Assembly: GCA_951406725.2 (NCBI GenBank)
Contig: OX597817.1
Span: forward strand, 103,416,001-103,480,000
Reading direction: 5' to 3'
DNA length: 64,000 nucleotides
Origin: Octopus vulgaris
Lineage: Eukaryota
Positions 25,410 through 38,920 of the stretch are shown one piece after another (the stretch's first letter is position 1; the number at the start of each line of letters is the position of its first letter). Under the pieces are notes generated by a model. That model was not told the DNA's origin and did not search any database. It saw nothing but the letters and a program-made list of their open reading frames with translations. The position numbers and the translations under genes were made by a program.

Positions 25410-26330
25410 TTCGATGGAATTAAACGTGCGAAGAAATTATACATTAAATCACCAAGATAAACAAAATGTAACACCACACCACTTCTCAAATTAATGTACA
25501 TATCAACTCACAGCCCTAGAAACAGTGAGGTATACATTACTATTATACAATATCTACCTATGCTCACTAGGGATCCGAAAATAAACAAATTTTTTAGATG
25601 CAAAAAGCAACCCAAATCGCTGAAAAGACTTCTGACAAATGCAAAGCTTTACAAAGCAGCCACGAAACTAATGGTTAAAAAATGTGGACGCCCAAACTGT
25701 TGAACATGCTCCAACCTGTTGGAAGGCTCAGAATTCCTATTCAAACAAGGAGACATGTTCACAATTAAAACCAACTTCACTTATAACTTGTTCAGGTTGT
25801 AGACATAACTATATAGTACAGACAAGTAGGGCACTTAGAAGGAGAACCATACTACATAAGGAACATATCCATTTCCCACAGTACATACAGATTCCTTTGC
25901 AGGACACATACAGAGATGTCCAACCAGACATCACAGTTTTCTCCATCTACCAGCACCATGAAGAATTTTTGTACAAGAAAGTTTAAATAAAGAAAATTCA
26001 TTCATCGAAAAATACAGAACACGCTTCAATATGAACGCATAACCAATTTTGGTCTCAGTACACAATTCACGTTCACATACCCATCACAGTAAATATTTCA
26101 TTTCACTACTTTAGCTTGCTTTTGAATTTTTGGACAGTTATTCAACCCCTCCCCCAAAACAAGCAATTGCCTCTCCTGTCCCGAATAATAACGTTCACCG
26201 ATTAACTCCCCTAAGATTTTTCTACCTGGTGATTCATTTCACAACTTGGACTAAAATCTTCTTCAGAAAATACGAAATTATGATAACTTCAATGCCATGA
26301 TTAGCGAAAGCAAAACCGGTCGGCAAACAC
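25410..26330 (+). mobile_element. Penelope-like element: linker, GIY-YIG endonuclease and pLTR
   Basis: DGIKRAKKL, YISTHSPRNSE, KKQPKSLKRLLTNAKL, VKKCGRPNC, ITCSGCRHNYIVQTS; ends in a hammerhead-like motif. Confidence 0.9.
26293..26325 (+). ncRNA. Minimal hammerhead-like motif, A3-U8 variant, in the Penelope 3' end
   Basis: UGCC-AUGAUUA-GC(GAAA)GC-AAAA-CCGG-UC-GGCA: perfect stem I, palindromic stem III, GUC triplet; G12 appears as A. Confidence 0.7.
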
Positions 26331-26340
26331 AATACTCCTT

Positions 26341-26368
26341 TTATATACATATATACATATATACACAT

Positions 26369-26399
<31 letters not shown>

Positions 26400-26417
26400 C
26401 ATATATATATACATACA

Positions 26418-26455
<38 letters not shown>

Positions 26456-26547
26456 CATACATATACATACACACATATATATATATACATATATATATAT
26501 ACATACATATACTTATATATATATATGCATATACATATGTGTGTATG

Positions 26548-26603
<56 letters not shown>

Positions 26604-26640
26604 GTATGCATATATATGTATATCACGTATGTATGTATAA
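26341..26640. repeat. Compound (TA)/(CA)/(TATG) microsatellite
   Basis: Directly visible; similar blocks at 22574-22645, 23725-23943, 36330-36542 and 61770-61975. Confidence 0.97.
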
Positions 26641-27235
26641 AAGGATACAAAGTTTAATTTTTCCAACTATTCTTTGTCTGCGTCTTTGTTCCTTGCTGAC
26701 AATGTTCCTGCATGTGTAAACCTGAACACCCAAGTCATAACTTTACGTGCCGAATTCAAAGAATTAATTGAAGTAAATACACGAATAAAGTCTTTATTTT
26801 GCCACAAGGACAAAATAAAAACTCAACGCTCATGTGCATTAACAAATAAAAAAAGAAAACATAGCGATGCGCATTTATAAAAACAAAATTGACATACACT
26901 CTGCATGTGTGCGTGTGCGTAGTGAGTGAGTGAGTGAGTGGGTGTCTGTGTGTATGCACGCGCGCGTGTCTTTGTATGTCTGAGCCTATGTATTCGCTTA
27001 GAGAGAACAGGAAAGTTTTAACAAATCGATCTGTATTTACCGATTCACCAAGTTTGATTTTTAACATAGAATGAACCAATTTGACATACCGGATTACATC
27101 AATAAATGTAAACAGACATACTTTAACGGACATTATCACACACATTCACGTGCACAAAGACGCAAGGACGAACACGCTCATTCATATATTATATATATAT
27201 GTATGTATTATGTGTATGCATGTATATAGGATGTA

Positions 27236-27278
<43 letters not shown>

Positions 27279-27328
27279 TTATATTTCATTGCACATACAT
27301 ATATACATATATAAACATATAAATATAT

Positions 27329-27560
27329 AAGGCGGCGAGCTGGCAGAAACGTTAGCACGCCGGGTGAAGTGCTTAGCGGTACTTCGTCTGCCGTTACATT
27401 CTGAGTTCAAATTCCGCCGAGGTCGACGTTGCCTTTCATCGTTTCGGGGTCGATAAATTAAGTACCAGTTACGCACTGGGGTCGATATAATCAACTTAAT
27501 CCCTTTGTCTGTTCTTGTTTGTCCCCTCTGTGTTTAGCCCCTTGTGGGCAATAAAGAAAT
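27329..27560 (+). mobile_element. Young full-length SINE family A (Meta-domain-like)
   Basis: AAGGCGGCGAGCTGGCAGAA...GAGTTCAAATTCC (B box)...GCCTTTCATCGTTTCGGGGTCGATAAATTAAGTACCAG...GTGGGCAATAAAGAAAT; flanked by repeated TAAACATATAAATATAT (TSD-like). Confidence 0.93.
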
Positions 27561-27695
27561 AATAAACATATAAATATATGTACAAAGTTATGTGAGATTG
27601 TAAAAATTTCAAAATATTAGCATATCACATTTAGGTAAAATAATTTTGCGAAGCAAACATAAAGGACTAAAAGGAAATATGGAAAAAGATACATG

Positions 27696-27739
<44 letters not shown>

Positions 27740-28299
27740 CAAAGAGAGAGAGACAAGGAGAGAGAGACAGAGAGAGAACCGTGAGAGAAAGAGAGACAGG
27801 TACACACACAGCTTATATTTATAATCCTGCCACTCAATGAAGGAGCAGACTACACAGAACAGATGCTACCCTCGACATTAGTCTGATACTCTCTATTTCC
27901 AAACATCTCTGACCCATCTCCTTGGTGACTCTGAAGAATGACTCTTTTATATCGAATTTCTCACTCAGTAATCGTTCAAAAGTTTAACGTACAACCTAAA
28001 CCCATTTTTTGTTTACAAATTCAGCCACATCAAACACATTCAGATTTTTCTTATGACTTCCTCGTATTGGAAGAATTCAGTCGTTAGTCCTCTCAGTTTC
28101 GTTCGCCTCTCAATCTCGTTCTTTTATTCTTGCTCTAGAAACGTAGAGCGATCGTGTCAATGGAGTGAGCTTTAAAGCAAGATCTGTTCTACAGGTGTAG
28201 CTGCTGTTCGACATAATTCCATAGATTAGAGATTTGCTGACATGTTAAGAGTATGTCAATGATAGTTATTTCTTTCGAACACTACCAGGTCAAAGACTA

Positions 28300-29020
28300 A
28301 TAATAAAATTCATGATCCTAATCTGAAAGCCTTCTGAGAATGTCTGTTTAGTATATCATCAACGTTCGCTCGAAATCTCTCCAATGTCATCTTCGCTTAC
28401 ATCTTCCATTAACATTCTATAGAATGCTACGGTTAATCTAACGACCACACTGACCAGATATCAAGCGTAAATACCAACTGCAACACTCCAGATAGCAAAC
28501 ACAAATACTCATTGTACACAGATCCGGGGTCGCTGTTCAGAATGAGACAGAAAGTTGAAATGCATGTCTGAGAACCGATATGCCACGGAGAAAGGCATAG
28601 TGATTAAGCAGTAACACAAAATTGAAGCATTCATCATCTTTGCATGACCTTTCAAATATACTTCCTTTCAATTCATTTTTGGTCGTCAATTTATTCCAAT
28701 TTCCATTAAGTTGAAGGTCTGAAGCGAGTGAACCAAATCCACGAATATTAACTTAACCTTTAGATCAGCTACAAACACTATGTACTTACTTCTCCATGCG
28801 CCCACGATTTTCCTATCTCAAGCTTGGAGGAGGACCAGGTACCGCTAAGTGTCAAAGGTATCTGGGATTGTGTTCTTGATGTAGCAAATAGGATACGTTT
28901 CAGCGCCCAACAAAGTGTTAGTGGGGTAACTGCCAGACATCAAACTTCAGGGACAGATTGAGTTCTCTTCACCTTGTTCTGCTCTAGCTCAATGAATGAG
29001 TTGCTATTTGTCATTTGATC
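28300..29020 (-). mobile_element. Possible degraded RTE-like LINE remnant
   Basis: Weak echoes of V.P.LLYG.ETW (about 28895-28935) and WFGH (about 28720-28745). Confidence 0.35.
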
Positions 29021-29649
29021 TGTTAAAACTATCAGCTAAGGCACCTTTAAATCATTCTCTGGTAGCCCAAGTAAGGAAAGGGTACCGATAGAAAATGGAA
29101 CAGCTGCGACTGGAATGCCTTTGATCATAGGTCATTTCAATCACGGATGATCAGGGTCTAAACAACGGCATCGTTCACTTACAAATATAAAATTTGTGGT
29201 CTAGCTCTTGGTGATTTTCATAAAATGCTCCAAGATGGGAATGCTTAACGTAAAGCGTGTGTAACACGAAATGATTTCGACAAGTAACCATTTACTCCGA
29301 CTATTAAGAAGATACCATTATTTCATGCTGCGATGCAACCGCAGAAGATGGAGCAGAAACAGTTGTGTCTACAACAGCTCCAAATAGCGATGGTTATCTC
29401 TGTCAAGCGTTTTCAATTTTATCTAAATTGATGAGAACTATGAAATAGTTGTATTTACTAGCTAGCATCTATACAATATATCACACATGATGAAGGTTAC
29501 ACTAAATTCATCCACTGGAAATTTCTCTGCTAGCTCAAGTAAGGAAAGGGTTCCGCTAGAAAATGGAACAGCTGCGGTTGGAATGCCGACGAAATTATGG
29601 AATACATGTTACTCCTTTAAACAAAAGATTAAAAAACAATTTAATAGCA

Positions 29650-30480
29650 CAATAAGTTTTAAATCGTCCCCTCTGTACCTCCTACGCGTAAGTAGCGGGT
29701 CAATTTTCAGTTTACGAAGGTGGGAACACTCCAAGTCTATTGCTTATTGCGGTACAAGTCAACCAAATCTATAGTTAGGTAAATACCAACAGAGTCTGAA
29801 GAGTAGACAATCCAATACAGAAGCTGTGTTCTATATGTGGCTGCTTACAACCTTCTGTATTTGAAGATGCTATAAATCTTTCGCACCGCTACACTTTTTC
29901 TACTGTAAATCACAGCAAAACACAGGGGTAGGTAACTAAAGACCTTGAATATTTACCCTACTTCTCCAGCCTCATAGTTTCTTTCACTCAGAAGACTTTG
30001 AGAGAAATAATATCTAAGATGGTTTTGAATTATATCACCTGAATTATATCACGTTATATCACCTGAATTAGAAAAAATTATATTGTCTATCTAGACACCT
30101 TGCATTTGTTGATGGTAATTTCAGTCAAATCCTCTTTTTCATGAAGTTCACAGCATGATAGGGTATTATTTCCATTGCTCATACCTCCGAATCTCACAAA
30201 TCTTTCCCTACTCTATTAAGGTAGCAACACAATATTTGGATAGCATTTTGTCCACACTCCTTAGCTCTATGCTTCCTAAGACACAATAATTTAACTAATT
30301 AAAAATGAAGTCCTTTCTCACCTGTTTATCTATGGCCTTATAGCTTTAATTCTTTCCTCAAAATCTGTCGTATCCAGTATTTTTAGTTCCCGAGGAAAGC
30401 GACGATAGCTTTATAACACATTCCTCTGTGTATTCCCCTTCTCACTATTCACATTTTACCAATATTTCTACCTCATCTTA
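29650..30480 (-). mobile_element. Degraded CR1-like RT remnant
   Basis: Minus-strand fragments RGIHRG (GVPQG-like), GDIIQNHL (LGV.I..L-like) and QPHIEHSF (RPHLEYA-like), in the expected order. Confidence 0.55.
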
Positions 30481-30719
30481 ACATTATACTGATGTATGTT
30501 CTTCTCAGTAGCTGGTCTAAATGTGTACTTCTCTTCACTTTTGCTTTTATTATTCTCCTTTGCTTTTTTCGTATTTAATTTTGTTCTTGTCAGTATTACC
30601 TTTGTTGACAGTGTTAACTTGTGGACGTTGCTGTTAGTATTATATTATATTTCATACTTTTGTGGTGTTAGTGTAGTTGCTGTTAACATTTACTGTGGTT
30701 ATCTCCTTCCTTCCCCTGA

Positions 30720-30969
30720 GAAAGTGAAAAGGCAACTACTACTATTATTGGAAAAGTTGCTAGAAATAATAACTGAATCTTCCTCAAACCATACCCCCCC
30801 ATCTTAAACGATGGTAAGACAGATTGGATAATGTATGATAGTATATATCTGAAAAACTGAAGGAAAAAGGGATAGGTTGACTGAGAATGTCTTTGATCAT
30901 TGTTCTGTTTGATCAGAGTTGAATTACGGCTAAGCAACAACAGCAACAACAACACAGCAGCAGCAGCAG

Positions 30970-31000
<31 letters not shown>

Positions 31001-31025
31001 AACAACAACAACAACAACAGCAACA
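30720..31025 (+). mobile_element. SINE-like family C copy with tail expanded into (CAA/CAG)n
   Basis: TGCTAGAAATAATAACTGAATCTTCCTCAAACC...GAATGTCTTTGATCATTG...GGCTAAGCAACAAC followed by the triplet tract. Confidence 0.7.
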
Positions 31026-31518
31026 ATCTCTGCCACTATCACCAGCATAGCCTTACTGAAAGTGTATTCCTCGATTCGCGACTAACTTGAGAAATTACAA
31101 ATAACAATTCTTCTGGAAACGGTGAAGGTAGACGACAATGTAGGACTCATCCTTTTCTTTGATATATTAATAGTAAACACAATGTGCCTTATGTTGGATA
31201 AAACAAATATTATTATGTGTCCAAACATGAGCAGTTTCAGAACACGCCAGAACACGTGTTTTTGATAATATCCAACATTAGCAATGATTTCTAACTTTGG
31301 CTCAAGTGAGAAAGTGAGAAATCTGTTAGCATAACACTAGCAGAATTATACTGATACTTATTATCGACCTCGGTGAGATGAAAGGAAAAGCTGACCTCGT
31401 CGAGATTTAAATTCAGAAGATAAAAGGATGTCACAAATTACCTCACAATATATTGTCCGTTGCTTTACTGATTCCGACACGTATCATTATGGCTATTATT
31501 CACAGGGCATTGTTGCGT

Positions 31519-32360
<842 letters not shown>

Positions 32361-32469
32361 TGGTGGCTGTCGTCTCGTAGCCCAGTTGGACTATTACTCA
32401 CAAGCTATCTTATTCCCATAGCTTATTCAGCAATGCCCGTGCTGAAAGTTTTGAAGTCAATAACAGATT

Positions 32470-33010
32470 GCTCAACACCGCTAAGACTCTCACCTAGAAA
32501 GTCAAATAGTCCAGAAGGAAGCAAGGGCAAGATCTCCGGTTTCGCAATGTGGTGGATATTATTTCGGAATTTCCTCCTCCTAGAGAAACGTATAAGCAAA
32601 GATTAGGGGTCTTTCACTCTCACCTGTTGGATGGCCGTTCATCCGTCTATTGATAATGTTTTGATTTTCCTTCTTGTAAGGTGTCCAACGAAAACCACCT
32701 CCATACCAAACAAGTTTGGTAGATTGCCGGTTTAGTTACACACATACACATACACTTACATTTACATATATGTTTACATGCTTAAATTTGAGATACCATT
32801 TATCTTCTATAATCTTAATGTAAACAATTTAGATCGTATTTAGGGTGTGGTAGGCATATCGCGTAGCCCAGTTTAATGCTGTTACCTGGTCTAAAGGTGC
32901 CTTATCCGGAGTTCACTCTGTTGTTAGCTTTCAGATACCCTTTACTCTTACCTAGAGGCCAAAAGCTAAAATTAAACCTCCAGGTCAATTGTCTATTCTC
33001 TTCTCTGATA

Positions 33011-33041
<31 letters not shown>

Positions 33042-34450
33042 TTCTATCCAGACTAGACCTACTAATACACAAGCTACACATCTGATTCCTTTTTGAGAGT
33101 CTCTTAGCCAATATCTGTAGTACATCCCTATTGTTCAGCCTAAATTTCACACCGCAATGTAATGCTTGTATTTACGTAGATTTCATTTTCTCCACCAATC
33201 ATCTTTTTCACAGTAAAATCTCATTTGTAGTTTCGCTCCACACCTCCAAACAGATCTGCTTTCTCTACCATTCTCCAAAGTGCTCCAACCATCAACGTAT
33301 TTTCCATATATCTTCAAGCCAGATTAAACCATATCTCATCATGCATCAATGTCATCTATCTCACTTCATCCTCCGATCAAATCAGCGTCCTTCAATGCTT
33401 ATAACTCTGCTTGGTTCTCATACTGTTCATATTGATGTTTCTGATGCAGAAACGTTATCTTTCTTTCACAATCCTCAATTCTGTACAACAATTTTTTCCA
33501 TATTATATTCATCCCAAGTATCCTTGATATATTTCTCGCATTGAAAACACTACCACATGAGCACATATCGGATCATCTGAACACTTTCTTATCACGACTA
33601 TCCACCACACACATACTCCCCATTCTCTTCACCAGTCATAAGACTGCTCGGAGCTCCATCAGTCCTGTGCTAACTATTCATGTTAACACATGTACTTCAC
33701 TGACCCATCAGAAACTACCAAGCGAGCTGCTGACACTATCCGTTGAACCAAAATTCAATATCCTAAGTTGCCCAAGTAGTTCACTCAGGGCTATGCTGCA
33801 ACGATCCCACAAAACGCTTCTATAAACTGGATAGTACTTGCCCAGCAATTCCTGCTAGATCCGTATGAGAATCGTGAAGTATGCCTTCGTGCACCATCCA
33901 CACTCCAAGCTCTCCCAAACTACAATAGGCCTTTCAACTCCCTTTCTAAAATAACGTCTGTCCCCATTTTTCTATATATTCCTTTCTGTCACATATCAAC
34001 TATGACGGCTCTAAGAGAATACATTCATACTTACTACTCGATTAGCTCGTTGAGCGTCTAACTTTGCACTACAACCAGAGAAATATATTCCATTATTATC
34101 CCTCTCCATTCCACCAGGCTTACCTCCATGGATTTATGTATACCAAAAGCAAAAGTACCTCCAACAAGCTTCAAATCAATGACAGTCAGCATAATCAACC
34201 TTCAGGTTGAACTATGACTTCCAGCTTTTCCCTACCTCTTTGATCGATGGTTAGTTGTTAGATTGCACTATCATGGCGAGTGTTGATGAAACTCCGAGTA
34301 ACCCACGCTCTATCAACTCTGTTATTTCCCACGGTTCTTCACACTCTTCCTCCTGTACATTAATGGCTACTCGCTGCCACCTTCAACAACTTCTACGCAC
34401 ATGATACTATTCACACATACCCTGTACACCTTCATACCTTCACGCCAAAA
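32470..34450 (-). mobile_element. Degraded RTE-clade LINE sequence
   Basis: Minus strand LMVGALWRM (RWFGHV.RM-like), LMHDEIWFNL (LHGSETW-like) and YADCH (YADD-like); an RTE-like UTR block lies at 32470-32740. Confidence 0.65.
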
Positions 34451-34629
34451 TAGAGTACATAGACTGACACATTGAAAACATTCTTAGTTTTTTCAACAGC
34501 AAAAAAAAAACAAAAAACAAAACAAAACAAGACTCACCGTCTCTGCATATATACAAAAAAAATTATTGCACCTTATACTCCTCAAATAAGAGTAACATTC
34601 AACTAGAATTCTTGCGAACTAGAGTTCTT

Positions 34630-34814
34630 GCAGCCCGGTTTGGGAATCGAAACTTACTACTTCATGATTGTGAGCCCAACGCTCTATCCGCTGAGCCATG
34701 CACCTTCACTTCCTGACAATAAATCTGTCCTTTTTACTTAATGACATATTAATTCTGGAGAATTATTGATTCTTGAGATTATCTCCCCTTCTTAAGTGCA
34801 GCTTATCTTAGTTG
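34630..34814 (-). repeat. Inverted copy of the foldback-element/SINE-head junction at 41497-41679
   Basis: Reverse complement shares CACTTAAGAAGGGG-GATAATCTCAAGAATCAATAATT...ACAGATTTATTGTCAGGAAGTG...GGGCTCACAATCATGAAGT. Confidence 0.9.
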
Positions 34815-35019
34815 CCACTACCATTGAATATTCTTTTCCTGGTAAATGCACATATTCAATATAGCAACAACTACATCACGAAATTTTCAGCGGCAGATCT
34901 TCAAGCTCTCTTCAATTACTAACCTCTAGAAAGTTCAGGTGAGACTCACAATACAGCAATGAGTGCTCCCATATCTTGGAGTGTATTGTTGCTACCTACA
35001 CAAACATCGTATCCAGAGA

Positions 35020-35395
35020 AAAGCCACTCAACAAACTGGCATAAAATCGCTCAGAAACATATTTTAAGTTGTGATCCACAGACTTTCTGATATCCTCTCT
35101 CGTCTTTTCATTACTACAATGATCTTTGAGCCTCGGATCTAGTTAGCACTCTCGACTCACTCGTTTCTTTTCCTCTCGTTATTCACATTCTGTCTAAGAC
35201 CCAGATTTTGCATTAACCACCGCTCTCTGGATTCGTCGACTCTCTGGATTCCCTGTCTGCACGTCTCTTTCCTGCATTCATTGATTTGCAACAGTTTAAA
35301 CAAAAAGTTAACGGCATTATTTTCATTGATTTAGGAGGGACTGCGCTGACCACTTCACAGCCCTTTTCTTCAGTTGAAACTGATATAAAAAAAGA
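35020..35395 (+). mobile_element. LINE 3' end remnant (CR1/L2 group)
   Basis: STLWIPCL/LW.SL...FP...DLQQFKQKVNGI followed by a short UTR and A-rich tail. Confidence 0.6.
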
Positions 35396-35633
35396 ATAAC
35401 TAACTCTTCCTACTACTTCATATAATAATGAAGGTAAATGAGATAATGAAGACTTTTATCGGTCACTCGACCTGCTAGAATTAGCAGCCAAATGATCTTC
35501 AAATTTTACCCTACCCTGTCTTTAACATGAACACTTGACCATATATCGTGTCTTTTGTAGAGATTACACGCACTGGTAACAAAGTCTGAGATGATGATAA
35601 TTCGACATGTTACTTCTTACTGCAGCAACTTAC

Positions 35634-35769
35634 TTTCTTCTCCAAACGTCAAGGGTACTGCATTCTCCACTGTAAGTGTTTGAAAAATACACCAAATAAA
35701 AGGGGGAGTGGTGATGGTAAACCGAACACTACACGTAGTGATGAATCTGCATGAAATAAACTTCAACAC
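35634..35769 (-). CDS. Candidate upstream exon of the lectin-like gene (possible signal-peptide region)
   Basis: Acceptor CTAAAATTTTACAG|G, donor AAA|GTAAGT, 136 nt; only frame 0 is open (VLKFISCRFITTCSVRFTITTPPFIWCIFQTLTVENAVPLTFGEE) and it ends in phase 1, joining 14201 in frame. Confidence 0.45.
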
Positions 35770-35879
35770 CTGTAAAATTTAGTTTTCTAGTTTCAATTTT
35801 CTCATAAATACTATCAAATAACACCATTTACGGCAGCTACACATAATTATATTTCAAAACAGATACCATAGCAATAACC

Positions 35880-35935
<56 letters not shown>

Positions 35936-35982
35936 GCAGCAGCAGCAGCAACAACAACAACAGCAGCAGCAGCAGCAGCAGC

Positions 35983-36034
<52 letters not shown>

Positions 36035-36070
36035 GCAGCAGCAGCAGCAGCAGCAGCAGAAACAACAACA
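35880..36070. repeat. (CAA)n/(CAG)n triplet repeat
   Basis: Directly visible. Confidence 0.98.
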
Positions 36071-36337
36071 GTTTTACAAAGTAGAACTGTCAACGGTATG
36101 CTTTGCACCAAATTGATTAACAATATACCAACATAAATTTAACTTAAAAACAAATATATACATACTGCAATATTAGCAACCTACAAACACCTTCATGGCA
36201 ACAAAAATGTGTTATCATCCCATGATATTCACAAGAAACGAAATTACATGCCCAACACAGGATTTCTGAAACCCTTAATTGCAGCCACGATAGTATGGTA
36301 TGTGACAAAGAAACTCGAGACGAGTATAGAATATATA

Positions 36338-36416
<79 letters not shown>

Positions 36417-36506
36417 GTATGTATATATAATATGTATATATGTGTGTGTGTGTGCGTATGCATATATATATATATATGCATGCATGTATGTATGTATGTA
36501 TGTATG

Positions 36507-36547
<41 letters not shown>

Positions 36548-36640
36548 AATCCAAACGGGAAAACAAAAAAACAACAACACGTGGAACAATTACAGTATTA
36601 TTATTAATAGGCGCTCAGGAAATATGGAAGCAGGAAGGTA

Positions 36641-36671
36641 TGACGTTTCGAGCGGAGCTCTTCGTCGGAAA
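36641..36671 (-). ncRNA. Minimal hammerhead-like motif related to 1190-1225 (U4C variant)
   Basis: Minus strand UUU-CCGACGA-A-GAGC(UCC)GCUC-GAAA-CG-UC-A; same stem II arms and downstream GAGCG..ATTAAT flank; stem I is decayed. Confidence 0.55.
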
Positions 36672-36799
36672 ATATATATATATATATATATATATTCATA
36701 TATATATAATGCACATGACACATATAACATTGATATTACACACAACAATCGGTCATTAATAGAGCAGAACGACGCACTAGAAAGACAGGCTTTTAATAT

Positions 36800-38330
36800 G
36801 AGAACCAATATAAAGAGACACATTGACGCACAAAACATATAGATTGCAACACCGACCCCGCCATCTCCTATGCCAGGTTACAGATCCCAATTGCATCACT
36901 TTAACATACTATCAGGCACCAACAGTATAAATAACATGAAAATTGGCACAATAGAACAGTAAGTAAACTTTACATCCTGAACATCCGTCACTGACGCAGC
37001 ATACCTCACTAAACTAACTACAGCAATATTTTCTCACAAATCATCGTTTATTTCATACAACTATCTCCAATAATTGTATGATAGTTGAGGATCGTGTTCT
37101 TTACTACCTCCATAGCCACATAACAAACACACATTCCCTCCTAACCATCTACCGATCAGTCTCACAGCATACTCGTATATCAATGAATGAAACAAAAATA
37201 TTTTTACAAGCTCAGTTTGTAAAGCCCAGTGGAACCATTTCCACTAATAAACAGTATTATAGTTCACAAAATTCAGGAACAATTCAGTCATTGACTTATA
37301 CACTGCATTACAAAGTTTCAACCAAATAATTATGGACGTATAAAAAAAAATACATCCCACACAACATAATAAAAGACCCCGATTATACAATAGAAACAGC
37401 CAACATGATAAATAAAAGAGATGTCCACAAATATAATAGATAACATTCGGCATCAGACAACTCGACAAAGAAAATCTATTGATAAACAGAAACCTGGCAA
37501 CCATTTATCTCTGCATAAGTCACAAAACAAGCAGCAAAACGTTACATAGAATAATTGGAATTATTCACAACGAGAGAACCTCTACGTGGTCGTTGGGACT
37601 GTAGGCAGTATCAGCTGAATCTTCTTCAAAACTACACCTTACCGTCTTATCGAAGAAATGATACAATGAATAATATAACCTTAGATTAATTCCTTTTTTA
37701 GAATTGTATCTCGAAGAACATACAAAGCTATAAATAATAGCTTGTAAATACTGGGTATTTATAGTATATATAAAAACAAGGCGCAATGATCACGTTATGA
37801 ACACCTTTTGTCAAAAACCTACCTGACCGGGACTGACCTAAGGATGTACAGTAACAACAAACACTACAGCTGCCACACTTCACCGTATGTAACAAAATGG
37901 GCCATAAATACCATGTCTACAAACCAATATCTAGCCTTTATAAATTGTTCCTCGAAACCCAACCTCCAAATAACACAAGACAAAGACAGACGCACAAACG
38001 AATAATGCACACTTCCCACTTGTGCCATGGCCTCGAGGCATGACAAAATCGCCAGTATATTCCTAAACACAAGATTTGAAGGAATAACTGCAACCTCAAC
38101 ATCTGCAGCTACTTGTACCAACCACTACCTAAGAAGTGGCCAAAATTTTCTAAATTACAGTTGCATAAAACATTCATGCTGTAAAATCACGATTACTATC
38201 ACTCTACTGTGCACACAAACAATTTAGAAAAACACATGCATCATATCACTAACCTACTTATCTCCTTTGCAAATCAGAGGAATTCAGAGTCACTCACTTA
38301 ACTGCTATGATAGTCAAACGTACCGCATGC
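36800..38330 (+). mobile_element. Degraded Jockey/I-group LINE, homologous to 19600-21000
   Basis: ITLLCTQTI...ATCACTAACCTA...ATTCAGA shared with about 20800-20910; interrupted by a family C SINE at about 37570-37690. Confidence 0.6.
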
Positions 38331-38344
38331 CAAAATAATAATGG

Positions 38345-38715
38345 TTTCATATTTTGTCACAAGGACAGCAATTTGGAGGGAGGGAATAAATCGATTACAT
38401 CGACCCCAATGGATGAAAGGATGAAAGGTAAAGTCGACCTCTGCGAAATTTGATCTCAGAACGTAACGGCAGACGAAATACCTATTTCTTTACTACCCAC
38501 AAGGGGCTAAATACAGAGAGGACAAACAAGGACAGAGAAACGGATTAAGTCGATTATATCGGCCCCAGCGCGTAACTGGTACTTAATTTATCGATCCCGA
38601 AAGGATGAAAGGCAAAGTGGACCTCGGTGGAATTTGAACTCAGAACGTAGCGGCAGACGAAATAGCGCTAAGCATTTCGTCCGGCGTGCAAAGGATTCTG
38701 CCAGCTCACCGCTTT
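38345..38715 (-). mobile_element. SINE family A dimer (one head, two bodies)
   Basis: Junction GACGAAATACC|TATTTCTTTACTACCCAC at about 38482. Confidence 0.88.
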
Positions 38716-38737
38716 TAATGCCGACGTAATAATAGTA

Positions 38738-38829
<92 letters not shown>

Positions 38830-38863
38830 AAGAATGATGATGATGATGATAATAATGATAAGG

Positions 38864-38920
<57 letters not shown>

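Noticed and set aside
24980-25423. 147-aa ORF within the putative LTR
   Set aside because: Non-ATG start, no domain motifs, and it crosses an element boundary.
34538-34542. 5-nt minus-strand microexon (TGCAG|AGACG|GTGAGT)
   Set aside because: Frame-shifting length, adjacent to a LINE remnant, and such motif pairs can arise by chance; unsupported without reads.
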